Source: Chrysomallon squamiferum (lineage: Eukaryota; Animalia; Mollusca). From it: a stretch of 64,000 nucleotides of DNA. Numbering within the stretch: position 1 is the first letter of the stretch; every line of letters starts with the position of its first letter. Positions 28,719-41,410 of the stretch are shown here, piece after piece. A model generated the notes under the pieces. That model was not told where the DNA came from. It did no database searches and saw only the letters and a program-made list of their open reading frames with translations. Made by a program: the position numbers and the translations under genes. Where the stretch lies: NCBI GenBank assembly GCA_012295275.1, contig CM022671.1, positions 28,768,001 to 28,832,000 on the forward strand. The letters are read 5' to 3'.

Positions 28719-30028
28719 AGGTATGGAATGAAAATTAATACAGATTTGAAATTCAAAACTCTATTTTATGTCTTAAAATAACAACAGACATACTGTCTGA
28801 AAATATTTGAAACCAATCATACTTTTAAATTCGACTGAAATAAAAATATATTTCTAAATGACATGAAAATATTTAAGTATATAATTTCAGTGTTAAGTCT
28901 GACTTGAGGTGGTATTTATTTCTATATACAAAACTGAATTTCAGTGAAATCAGAAAGCAGGTAGCAGAATGGGCTTCAAAAGTGCATCAGTATATATCTG
29001 TCAAATACATTTTCGTTGTTTACTGATTGTTTATTTTATAACGTAAATATATATTACTTAAACCAGAGAAAATCCAGAAATCCGCATTACAGTCTTGTCG
29101 GATGAGTTATTCACTACCTGTATATTATTTCTGTTTCGAAAATGTTTTAAACGTCAAAAACTCGAAATGAAATATGTTCCTACTGGTTTTTATCAGTTTG
29201 AAACGTCAATTAATCAAAATTAAATTTGACTCCAAGTCCATTGTCATCGACAATTAAAAAGACAATGCTTCACAAAGACGACATTTAACCTTTGAAACGA
29301 AACTGACAGCGGGTCACGAACCCCGGTACCTTCTGGCCCGAAATTCATTTCCCCTGAAAACAATTACGACGCCAAGACCTGCATAGCAACTTGAGAAAAG
29401 TTAATGCCTGTATTGGCGGCTGCGTTTCCCAAATGAAGTGTTTCGAATAACGGTAATAATAACGCTTAATACTCAAACGTATTAAAATGAACAAAATAAT
29501 CCATAAGCGGCTGTCACACTTGTCCAGCACTATTAACGGTTATATTACCCAGTCTGGCAGAGTTAACTGTTATTGTTAACGATGATTCAACAGTTTTGGC
29601 ATTCATTTGTTACGTAGTATTCACTTCTTCACTGACCTTGAATATTAAAACTTATCGGTACAAACATTTCATTTATTTATTTATTTATTTATTTATTTAT
29701 GTATTTATGTATTTATTTAGTATTATTATATTATTGTTGTAGATTATTAATATTTTTTTTAAGAAGGATTATATATTATGTAGCAGTCCATAAGAAAATA
29801 TAAATAAATACATTTGAATCGTCACAAAAGAACAAAATAAATAAATAAATAAGATTAAATCAAATAAACAAACATAAAACCCTAACACACGTGCACACAC
29901 AGGCACCCACACGCACGCACACACACATACGATCACTCACACGCATAAGTACTCATTCAGTCACATAGACACATAGTCTCAAACACAATAACACGTATAT
30001 ACATGCACGTACACACACATACACACAA

Positions 30029-30084
<56 letters not shown>

Positions 30085-31132
30085 ACTGCTACATTTAATA
30101 CCACGATACACAGTCTTTGAATTATTTCGTTTGATTCCCTGAGTCATCAGTCAGTTTTGACAGAAAAACTTTCGTAATACTTCATTCTGCTAATCAGATA
30201 AAGAACGACTGTCCTCTGGCGGTTTGTCTCTTCAAGTGACGTCTTTAACGTCGTAACAATAACAACCACACTAAGTATGTTACCGCTTATAATACATGAG
30301 ATGACGCTAGAGCGATACAGTAGGTTGCGGGATCGTTTTCTATTATCGGGGTCGGGAATATTGTTATTTATTTAATGTATTATTGTTTTATTGTTTTATT
30401 GTTTTATTTATTTATTATAAAAAAAATTATTATTATTATTTTTTTTTTTTTTATAGCTGAGTTAATTGTAATAATAAAATTTATGTCACATATTTTGCAT
30501 TACTGGGATGTGCTGACTAAAGATTTATCTGTTGATGACCTTGAATTTGTAATCTGATTGTTTACAATTATATTTTCATTTATTAATTACTTATTTACGT
30601 AATTACAGAGTAGCTTCATTAGTTACTTACTTACTTAAAGTTACTTGTGTTTCATTATTTTATTTATTTTATTTTATTTGTCTATTTGTTTGTTTATCTT
30701 ATTTTATTTTATTTCATCTTTTTTATTATTATTATATATATATTTTGCACTTCATTTCTACGTGGGGTTTTTTGTGTTTTTTGTGTGTTTTTTTTTTTGT
30801 TTTGTTTTTTAATTATTTTATTTGTTTATTTATTTATTTTTTTTAATTATTATTCATTATTTTATTTTAATTATTTTTATCGATCTTTCTCCCCGACAAC
30901 GATGGATAATAATCAATAATTACGTAATGAGTTAAGAATTTTTTTATCTACGTATTTTTTTAAATGCAGCTGTTCATGCAACTATATATTGATTTATCTG
31001 CCTTTGACTCAGATTAAAAATTTATACGCTTAGACTATTTAATTTAGAAAATTATTTTAATTACACATCTTAACATTTATAGGGGATTTAGACAAGAAGG
31101 AGGGCATCTTCTTTTATTGTCTTTGCTGGTTT

Positions 31133-31235
31133 TATCACCATCATCAACACCATCACCATCATCATCATCATTATTATTATCACTGTTATTATTATTATCA
31201 CCATCATCATCATCATTATCACCATCATCATCATT

Positions 31236-31283
<48 letters not shown>

Positions 31284-31298
31284 GTCATCATCATCATC

Positions 31299-31352
<54 letters not shown>
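31133..31352. repeat. Compound (CAT)n/(TAT)n trinucleotide tract
   Basis: Direct reading. Similar tracts at about 28620-28716 and 58690-58850; (TAG)n/(TAC)n at about 22270-22510. Confidence 0.93.
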
Positions 31353-31768
31353 TTAATGTTGTTGTTGTTCTTGATCTTGTTATTTTTTTTAGCCGAATTT
31401 TCTTTTTAATTAAACAGAATCTCCTGAACTTAATAACTTAATGTCCAGCACTTCCGAATTTTATCTACAACAATATTTTCTTTCTTCAGCTCACCTCAAC
31501 AAGTGTTATTTATGTCTGCACTAGCTGTAAGGCCGTAATAAATCCACTGCGTTCCTAAGTCCGCAGTAAAACGCGTAATCAAATTTCATTTAGCCGAGAC
31601 GGTCCTTGCCGAGTACATTTGGATTTATTAGTCAGTTTGTCGGCAAGCGAAATCCTAATTAAAGTATAAAACCAGTCTTTCCAAGACAGTAAGTGCTTCC
31701 GTCTGAACGATAATCATTGTCGCTTTTCAGCTAAAATACTGTCACTTAAATAAAAAGTTTTTAGACAA

Positions 31769-31937
31769 ATTTCCTTTAAAGAAAAAGCATTCGAATTAAA
31801 AAAAAAAAAAAAAAAAAAAATCATCATTAAAAAACCAATCAATTAAATAAATAATTAAAATATATATATATTAGTATATCAGGAAAAGCATTTGATTTTT
31901 TTTTTTTTAAATCAAATGCTTTTTCTTTAAAGGAAAT
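31769..31937. repeat. Nested inverted repeats
   Basis: 31769-31805 vs the reverse complement of 31901-31937 is 35/37. An inner 15-bp copy AAAAGCATTTGATTT (31884-31898) pairs with 31909-31923. Confidence 0.85.
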
Positions 31938-33403
31938 ATATCGTAAAACTATATGTCTATATATATATATATATGCTGTAAGATCTCAAATTATTTTATG
32001 TCTATTGTAGATCGTCCCCAGGGGCTAATAGATTTGTCATAATTATTGATGACTATTGGTTCGGTGGCTGAATGGCAAAAGGTTCAGTTCTCGATCTCAT
32101 CCATAATCTCTCAGTGTCAGACATTCTTCTTCGATCTTTGATATTCTTTCTTTTCAGCAATTACTTTTTATAAATAAATAAAATAAACTTTAAAAGAAAT
32201 AACTATACTACAACAACAACAACAAACAATCGCTGCTACTAGTACTTCTATTACTACTACCACTACTAGTATTATGATTACGACTACAACTGATACTACG
32301 TTTAATAATAGTAATTACGATGGTGATGGTGATTACGATGATGATGTTGATTATAAAACAACAAAGCAGAAATATATATATATATCAGAATGTGAACGTG
32401 TGTGTATATCTGTTTGTGTTTTATGTATGTCTTGGGCTTAAAAACCAAAAAACTCGAGTCCTGTGTGCAAGACAGACATGAAGAACAGCATTTCAAACAG
32501 TTGAAGAAATACTGATCATTACATTTTCTTCTGTGTACATGATGCAACTGTCAAATTAGAACTGGTCGTTGAATTTAAGCCTCTGCGTCCCGAAACGGCG
32601 CAGTTTCAATTAATGTCAGATGTAAATTGCGCTATTCAGATTTACACAAATAACTTAATCACCCAATTGAGTCACTTCTTATTAAATATTGAACCTGTCA
32701 CTTACGAGGAGGCATCCTGTTAGTATCGACCTAAAGTTTTTTATTTCAAATACGACCTGGAAGGCTGGAAGAAGAATTACGTAACAAACTCTTAAAGGAA
32801 CATTCCTGTATGGTGTTAGAGTTACTGTGTGTTAGAAAAGTGCTCCAATTTAACATGTAAAATAGGCGTAATTTCAGAACCTGTGATCACTAACTTTTCG
32901 TGCAGTCGTGTAATTATTATGCGTCAGTGAAAGTGCAATGCTTGAATGATATATATATATATATTTATATATTAATAAAATGTACGTCATATACAAAAAA
33001 TTTTTTTTTTTTTTTTATTTTTTTTTTATTTATATATAACCACACCACATGGATATATAAAAAAATAAATAAATGAATGAAATAAAGAAAGATTACTATC
33101 AAAAGTAAATTAGTTCAGAAGTATCATTACCCCTTTTGCACCTTGTAACTGTTGTCCATTAAAGGGAGTGATTTTGTACACATAATATTTTCTAATCGAA
33201 TGCCTCTGTAGTCTGTTTATAAATGTGCAAAAATATATATATATGTATATGTAGATATGTAACAAATATATACATGCATGCCAAAACAGTATACTTGGCC
33301 AAAAAAAAAAAAAAATTCGAAAATATCTTAATTTTCAAATCATTCGTTGGTAATAATAGTTTTCATTACCGATATTTTTAAACTTTTTTCTTTTTCTTTC
33401 TTT

Positions 33404-33477
<74 letters not shown>

Positions 33478-34288
33478 TTTCAGTGGGAAATCACCAATTT
33501 CTAATTATGGCAACAAGATTTTCAACTCGATAATCTAATTCACGTTATTTTAGAGCCAGCCAGAGCGAACCAGATTACAAGATAATTTCTTTTCTATGGC
33601 ATCTGTCGATTAGTAATAAGAATAAAATTACATTAACTTAATACGCCAGAAATGATGGGGCCGGCGGTAATTTTTTAGTTTTCCTAAGTGAATTATTTTC
33701 TTAACATTAATTATATCTGTTTGGTAGATCGCAACGAATGAAATGCATTAGATGTATATCGGCTTTTTAGTACGTTGTAACAGAACCATAATGGATTCAT
33801 GGATACAATTTTGTCTTCTTCTTTCTGTTTTTGTATTTTGTTTTTTTTTTTTTTTTTTATGTTGTTATATTTCTGGAACTTTTTTTTGGGGGATTTCTTA
33901 TTTTTATTTTTGTCTTTTTTTTTTTTTTTTTTTAATCAAAAATATTGTCTGTTTAATTGTTCTTTTTGAAATAAAGAAAATAGATTTATGCATATATTTT
34001 ATTATTATTATTGTTTTGTTTTTGTTTATTTTGTATGTTTGTTCTTTACACTAATAAATATTATATTTATTTTGTTTCTCTCAGAAAAAGAAATTTACAT
34101 TTAAACAGCGTTATCCGATTATCTATGTTTGATATATCCAGTCATCAGTCAAGCCATCGTTTAAATATACATATATATAATTTATGATAATGAATTTACA
34201 TCTTCTGGATATGTGAATTATTAGTTATTAATGTTGAGCTGTTTTGGGGTTGTTGGTTTTTTTTTTTTTTTTTTATTATTATTATTAT

Positions 34289-34319
<31 letters not shown>

Positions 34320-34416
34320 GTTGTTGTTGTTTACATTTTCCTTTTTATTTATTTACTTATTTGTTGTTGTTTTGGTTTTTTTTAAATTTATTTTCCTTTT
34401 AATTGTTTTTAATCTA

Positions 34417-34461
<45 letters not shown>

Positions 34462-35287
34462 AAAATCATGTTTAGATCGATCAAAGGGCCAATGGCATAC
34501 CAATAATTCAATCTAACGTGAACCAATTTTAATTAATTGACCTAGAAAGGAAAACAATTAATCACATCGTGACATACAGATTTTTTTTTTCTTTTTTTTT
34601 TTTCCTTCTGACCCTCTTCTTCTTTTTTTTTTTTTTTTTTTTTTTTCTTTTTTAACCTTCCCCAACCTGTTGTTATAATTTACGACATCCGTTATTCTTT
34701 GCGGGTCAAGATGCAGCACCATCTATCGGCGAGAAAGTGAAATATCGTCTTGGTCAGCTTTGAAACGAATTCTGGCGTTAAATTCGCATACATAATCTGA
34801 ATGTGATAAATTGCTTTTATAGCTGCCTGAACTAAGAGCATTAGACGTCAAACTAATTAGATGATTCCAATAATTCATAAACTGTCGAAACCAAAAATCA
34901 AACGTCGAATATCAGTAGATCTTGACCATCTCTAACCACGAAGTGGAAAAACTGAATAAGCTTCATTTTTGATAAATTAGAAAAAAAAAAAATAATTTCC
35001 TGCCAAAATTGTCTAGGGCCATGTTTCACTGCTTTGCTTTAGCTGTCTTATTAGCCGAGAAATAATTTTAAAACGTGTTATCACGATCCATCTACATGCG
35101 CAGGTAATACCCATATGTAGAAGCATTTTTATGTAACTAAAGAAGATTAATAAATAACTGATAATTATGTCAAAGCATGTTTACATGCGTATGCAACATA
35201 ACATATTAAAATTAAAATATGGTGGATATATAATGTTAAGCATAACACACATACATACATACACATTTCTAATTAGAATCAGACTTA

Positions 35288-35327
<40 letters not shown>

Positions 35328-35877
35328 TAAATTGTCATGTTTATATTAATTATATTATATTTCAGTTTTGGAGTTTCTTTCTTCTTTTTTTAAATTAATA
35401 TTTATATATATATATATTTTTTTTTTTTTTTTAACACTTTTGTTTTCGTTTTAAAGTGTCTGATTCTATATTCGTCGATAATGTTTCGCTTTAATTTATT
35501 AACAGTAAATTCCCTCATATATCATTAATTATCCAAACTGAATGACTCTCGTTGAAATCTATTATTCTGAAATAAACTGTATTATATAATTTTATTATAT
35601 TTGTAATTGTTCACGAGTAGAGTTTATATCTTACTCCATTTTATCTGCAGCCATTTTAGCACTGGTATCTTAAACATTTCCCAATAAGCAGAAATTCCAA
35701 ATTAGCGTAGCAAAATTTTCAGAGCAGACAGTCTATTTTGGAAATGATTGATTGAACCGATTTTTCTTTAACCCAATGCATATTTCGCATTGAGATGACA
35801 TTTACTGCATCTATTAAAATAAACTTATTCATCAGAAGAGCATCTTCCAATATGTCACAGAAATTCAGATTACTGAT

Positions 35878-37014
35878 GTAAGTATGTGGTGCATTTATGT
35901 GTTTTTGTACCTGTTACCGTATTTTTGTAAGAGTTGTCTATAGATTTTTCCGTTTTATACCTAATTCCGTATAATTTTTATTTTACTTTTGTTTTATTTG
36001 GAAGTCGAAGTAAGTTATACAATTGTGTGTGTGCGTTTTAGACTTCAGAAGTACTGTCTAACATGATTCCATAAATACAGTTATTTAAATTTTAAATTAA
36101 GAAATAAATATATATTTATACCATTTTCTGCTTTTATTTTAGGGAACCAGTACAAGTGACTATTAAAAGCATATAAGGCAGTAGATGTGTTTACCTGCAG
36201 AATCAAACAGATAATGTTATTTCAAAGGATATTTGAATGACAATTCATCAGAAGAAAGAGATTTAATAGCTACAAAATCTGTTGAATTGATTGGTGAGTT
36301 GTTTAATTTCATAAAGTTAACATTATTATATTAATTTATTTTGTCAGTAAGACAACACTGATTAAATTCTGTTGATACGTGTTTGATTGTTATTTTATTT
36401 TTATGAATATGAATATGTTTCTGAAGAGGAATGTTACATTTTTACACTATCAGATAATATGGTTATTTTATTACATACATATTTATAATTTTCAGATAGA
36501 CAAGATAACCAGACATATTTCAAAACCAGCTGTAACATACTGACAGAAATGGATGCGTTACAGACGACAGAACCAGCCAACTGATATTCCAACCAGTCTG
36601 TAGTCTTAGCCAGCATTTTGTTTTACATAATATAATGGTTAAATCATGTTACTTTCGAGTGTATATATATGTGTGTCCATACTTGTTAATATGTCAGATG
36701 TCAGTTGTCAGGTTCAAAGACGGTGAAATCTCTAAATCATCAGTATACTGATATTAGTATGTTGTATAATAAACTATTATTGTAAACCTATACTTTCAGA
36801 AGAAATTTCAGTACTTGTGTAAAATTGTCCTGCTTTCTTGTTAGTAATAAATAATACTGAAAATCAAAATATTAGTGTTAAGTATACAGAAAATGTTTAT
36901 GATGTATTTTTTTTTAATGTATACCACTTCTGATAAAGTCAGGAACAAATTTTTTTATTTTGACATATATTGATAATGTTTGTAAATAAACAGTACATGC
37001 ATTTATGTTTTCAG
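35878..37014 (+). other. Candidate spliced 5'UTR of the zinc-finger gene
   Basis: Donor GTAAGT at 35878; acceptor TTTTAG| at 36142; donor GTGAGT at 36294; acceptors TTTTCAG| at 36495 and 37014. The ATG-initiated frames I checked in these segments are short. YY1-like GCAGCCATTTT at 35647-35657 lies upstream. Confidence 0.45.
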
Positions 37015-37188
37015 AAAACAACTGAAACTGAAGATGGAGTAACATTATTAAGAAATCAGTATTGTTATCCTACATCTGATTTTACAAGTTGAAGAATAAA
37101 AAAACCTATTAATTCCTTAACGAAATATTGTTATTGTTGATTATTCTAAGGATATTTAACTATATTTGCATTTGTTGTGAAGAACAAA

Positions 37189-37882
37189 ATGGTTGTTTGT
37201 GAAGTTTGTGGGAAGCCTTTTCCTCGAGGTGATTACCTCAAGAGACACATGAAGATTCACACAGGTGAAAATCCTTTTAAGTGTGAAATCTGCATGAAAT
37301 TCTTTTCTGAAGAGAGTTACCTGAAAAGTCACATGAGAATTCATGCTGGCGAGAGACCTTTCAAATGCGAGATGTGTGCAAAATCTTTTATGCAAGAAGA
37401 ACGCTTGGAACATCACATGAGAACTCATACCGATAAGAAAACGTTCAAATGTGAGATTTGTGAAAAATCTTTTGCACGGAATCAGGATCTTCACTGTCAC
37501 ATGAGCATTCACACGAACACTAAATCTTACGAATGCGAAGTTTGTGCAAAGTGTTTTGCACAAAGTCGATACCTCAGGAACCACATGAAAATTCACAACA
37601 GCGAGAAAGCTTTTACGTGCGAGATCTGTGCAGCACGACTTTTCACACCGGTGCAGTCTGAAAAATCACATGAGGATTCACACTGGAGAAAAACCTTTTG
37701 AATGCGAGGTGTGTGCAAAATGTTTCTCACGCCTGGACAGCCTGAAGCTTCATCTTAGAACTCACACAGGAGAGAAGCCGTTTAAATGTGAGGTGTGTGA
37801 AAAATCGTTTCTTCAAATGAATTCTCTTAAAGTTCACATGAAAAGTCATAATACAGAGCAACCTGATGTTGCCACATTATAA
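37189..37882 (+). CDS. C2H2 zinc-finger protein, 8 tandem fingers, +1 frameshift in finger 6 (disrupted allele, pseudogene or assembly error)
   Basis: Overlapping ORFs 37177-37701 and 37628-37882 both carry CxxC-x3-F-x5-L-x2-H-x3-H fingers with TGEKPF-type linkers. Removing one G at 37630 or 37633 restores CEIC(Q/A)[19 protein letters not shown] at 37189 is in CAAAATGG context. No effector domain is visible. Confidence 0.88.
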
Positions 37883-38902
37883 TGTTTTTAATGAATGGTT
37901 TAATCTTCTGCATATACAGTTCTAGCAAACTCTAGTCAGTGTTAGTAGAGAAATCACATATAGAAGAAAACTTATCATTGATAAATCTGATGTTAACACA
38001 ATTTTATTTTATTTTTGAAAAGATACATAGTGAAAACATTTTAAGTGACTTTTTCTTTCTTTATTTGATATTTTTAAAGAAAGAAGAATAATTCTGACAT
38101 CAACATACTAAGGAAATTATTAGTGAGTTGCCATAATCTAAATCCTTTCTCCTTGGGATTTTTAAAAAAATATGTTTTAAAGCTACATTACCATAAAATG
38201 TGAAATACCAGCATCCATTCATTCTCATATTGTTGTTCTGTTAGAGCATGCAATGGTCATAAGAGGAACAAAATCATTACAAAGTTCATAAAACCATAAA
38301 TATATAAAAAATTACAACATTTTCCAGACATTAATAATCTGAACAGAGATAAATAGGTTCATGCCATTTTATAACATTTTTACTTCTCTTGTACTTTCTG
38401 AAAACGTTTATTTTTAATAGTTATATTTAAAATAATATTTATTTATATATGTAAACAGAAAGGGTTGTTAAACAAGTTTTTACAAATACACATATTATGT
38501 AGTCAAACAATTATAGAAGAAAAGATACTTTGAAAAACGGAAAAAATACAGAATGAATCGGGTAAGAATATTTTGTTTATATGTGTTTGACTAATGTCTG
38601 GTCAGCACTTTGAAGAATGTTTTACATGATATATGTAAACTGATATATTATTTGTTATGTTAAAGAGTTTTAAATCTTAACTTTCAACCAATATAATTAT
38701 GTCACAGATTCATTTACACAAATAAAAATGTATACATTTTATCATATTTCTGTTTTACTTCCAAAAAAGCATCAAGTTGATGCCATTGTTATAGATGTTG
38801 GCATAATTTTTATTTGATTCTTGATAATTTAATAATATGTAATATAAACAGTAATGATATATAGAGAGAGAAAGAGATGCATGCACGCATGCACACACGC
38901 AT

Positions 38903-38934
<32 letters not shown>

Positions 38935-39759
38935 AACATCTTGGAGGTAATATTTTAAACCTGAATATTTTGTTGTTTTATATAGATAAAAGATTAAAAC
39001 ACAGACCCCCCCCCAAAAAAAAAGAAGCAGTATCATGGATTAATCAAGGACAAGACATGTAACTTGAACATAAATTATATTTTGACACACAAACTTAATG
39101 TGCAGATGAATTCATCTATACTATCTATAATTTAATTAATTAAAAATTAAAGAAGGAAATACAGATACATTGTCAAATTCCTCATCTTCATATTTAATCC
39201 AGTGGTACCTTAGAAGTAATACTGCTTAAAAAAATGTTTACTAATTATACCCAAATATGTAAATGTGCCAAGTATCAGTTAAATGATTTGACTGATATCC
39301 TCTCTGTAAAAATCTCTACAAAAACTGTATTCAACAAGGATGGTTAAGTTTCTTGAAAACATTATTTATCATTTTATCATCTCTCTCTTTAAATCCTTTA
39401 TTTAAATTTTCTGATATAGATCCCAAGGGAAAGGCAACAATGAAGACTATCCATTAATTATAATTAAAAATATTTAAAACATTAAAGGAATTATTAAAGC
39501 CAAATGTCTAAAGTGTTAAGCATATTAACCAATGTTAAATTCACATTATTGTTTAGTATGGCTAATGATGATGATATATTTGATTCATATAATTGGTAAA
39601 AATTCTATTTGAAAAAGATGAAAGAAAGAAATTTAAAAAAAAAAAAAAAAAAAAACAACAATTATAATTATATAAATTATACATAACTGACAGTATGTGA
39701 TAACAATAATAATATTAATTAATTGGTAGTTCTTATAATAAATAATATATAGAAGTTAT

Positions 39760-39771
39760 AAAAATTAAAAA
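39760..39771 (-). terminator. RNA polymerase III terminator of tRNA-Val
   Basis: TTTTTAATTTTT on the minus strand beginning 9 nt past the tRNA 3' end. Confidence 0.75.
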
Positions 39772-39779
39772 TGCAATCG

Positions 39780-39852
39780 AGGTTTCGGCGAGGCTCGAAC
39801 TCGCGACCTTCTGCGTGTTAAGCAGACGTGATAACCACTACACCACGAAACC
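39780..39852 (-). tRNA. tRNA-Val(AAC)
   Basis: Reverse complement reads GGTTTCG TG GTGTAGTGGTTATCAC G TCTGC TTAACAC GCAGA AGGTC GCGAG TTCGAGC CTCGC CGAAACC T. Acceptor (7 bp), anticodon (5 bp) and T (5 bp) stems pair fully. Anticodon AAC. A and B boxes intact. Confidence 0.95.
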
Positions 39853-40438
39853 CACAACTACAAACTCATGTTTCTATAGTTAAGTAATATCCGAACGAAC
39901 GACTTTTAACGTGGGTTGAAGAATGCAGAATAAATAAATAACTAAATAAAATTTGTGAACGTCATTTGGGTAATAGCAATACAACGCACACGTCTACTGC
40001 ATATTCTGATGCGCGTGACTTAAACGTCAACTTAAAAACAACAAACACAGCAGCAGATACCCATAACTAAAATTTAATTTACCTCCTATTCCTAATTATT
40101 CAACAAATAAACAAACAATGAAGCAAGCATACAAACAGGCAAACATATAAAAAAAAAAAAAATAAATAAAAAATAAATAAAATAAATAAAATTTTATAGT
40201 GCAGAAAAATAAATAATATGATACGATGGAATAAATGAATGATACGATGTTTGATAAAAACACTAATAATTTTAGGAGCATTATGCAATGAGTAGAGTTT
40301 AAAAAAATATTCAAGCTAGAATAAATCTTAGTGGTGACCCCTAACAAAATTAATTATTCGATATAACTATCATGATTTGAATAATCACCCAATAAAACAA
40401 AACAAAACAACACCAGTAGTAAATCATTTAATATCTAA

Positions 40439-40501
<63 letters not shown>

Positions 40502-40549
40502 AATAAATAAATAAATAAAATTAAATGTAGCCTCTTTTTCATGTGAGAA

Positions 40550-40627
40550 ACAGGCTCCGAAATTCAACCTCGCTATCGACCAGATTTAAGTGACAGTGAC
40601 AGCCTTAACCTTCAGGTCATCGAGGAC
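40550..40627 (-). mobile_element. Possible decayed tRNA-derived SINE head
   Basis: Minus strand GTCCTCGATGACCTGAAGGTTAAGGC (A-box-like) ... GCGAGGTTGAATTTCGG (B-box-like) at tRNA-like spacing. Stems do not pair. Confidence 0.3.
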
Positions 40628-41370
40628 GTTACGAATTCTGACAGGCCTCAAGTGCTTACATAATAGTAGTAACAGCCCGTAATCCTGGAGAGACCTTTGA
40701 GGCAATCAAAAATCAATGTACATCGTGCATGCTTAATCGATACTCGTACTTTGCATCAATAGGCAACTAAAGAGGACTCTGAAGAATAGAATCAAACGAA
40801 GTCTTGTGTTTGCACACAAATACTACTCTTTAAGTTACTGGCCATAATCGAAGGAAATGTTTTTTTACACGAAAATTTCCCAGAGCTCTTAATTTTCTTT
40901 CCAACATTTTGGAATTTTATATTTTATATTTTTTTATTTCGGTTTTTCTTTTTTCTATTTTTTTTTTTTCTTCTTCTTCTTTATATTTATTTATTTGTTT
41001 TTATTTTTATTTTATTTATTTTATTTTTTATCGTTTTTGTTGTTTGTTCTTTCTTATTTTTAAATTTTTGTTATTAATATTTATTTATATATTTATATAT
41101 TTATTTATTTATTTTCTTATTTATTTATTTATTTATTTTACACTGTTTATTCTTATGCTTTTAAAATTGCCTTTATTGACTGGACCACCTGGCATAATTA
41201 ACTACTTTTAAAATTTGATTAGTAAGATTCTAAATTAAGCGCTATTATTTTTCTTTTCTTTCATTCTTTCTCAGTTTTCTTCGAATTTTTCCATGGTTAT
41301 GTTTAACGGTTTGTATGTTTGTTTATTACGTTATTAAATGTTTTTAAATACATGCACTGAGCTTTTGTTT

Positions 41371-41410
<40 letters not shown>

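Noticed and set aside
29300-29345. tRNA-like fragment on the minus strand (CAGAAGGTACCGGGGTTCGTGACCCG); similar A/B-box-like bits at about 30320 and 32060
   Set aside because: No cloverleaf or complete A+B box pair. At most decayed SINE fragments, too weak to call.
35635-35654. Minus-strand ATGGCTGCAGATAAAATGGA|GTAAGA as the first exon of a gene divergent from the zinc-finger gene
   Set aside because: No downstream minus-strand coding exon was found. The sequence is equally explained as a YY1-type promoter motif.
37156-37596. 146-aa minus-strand ORF
   Set aside because: Antisense shadow of the C2H2 array. The antisense ORFs within 23507-25372 and 54210-55399 are rejected for the same reason.
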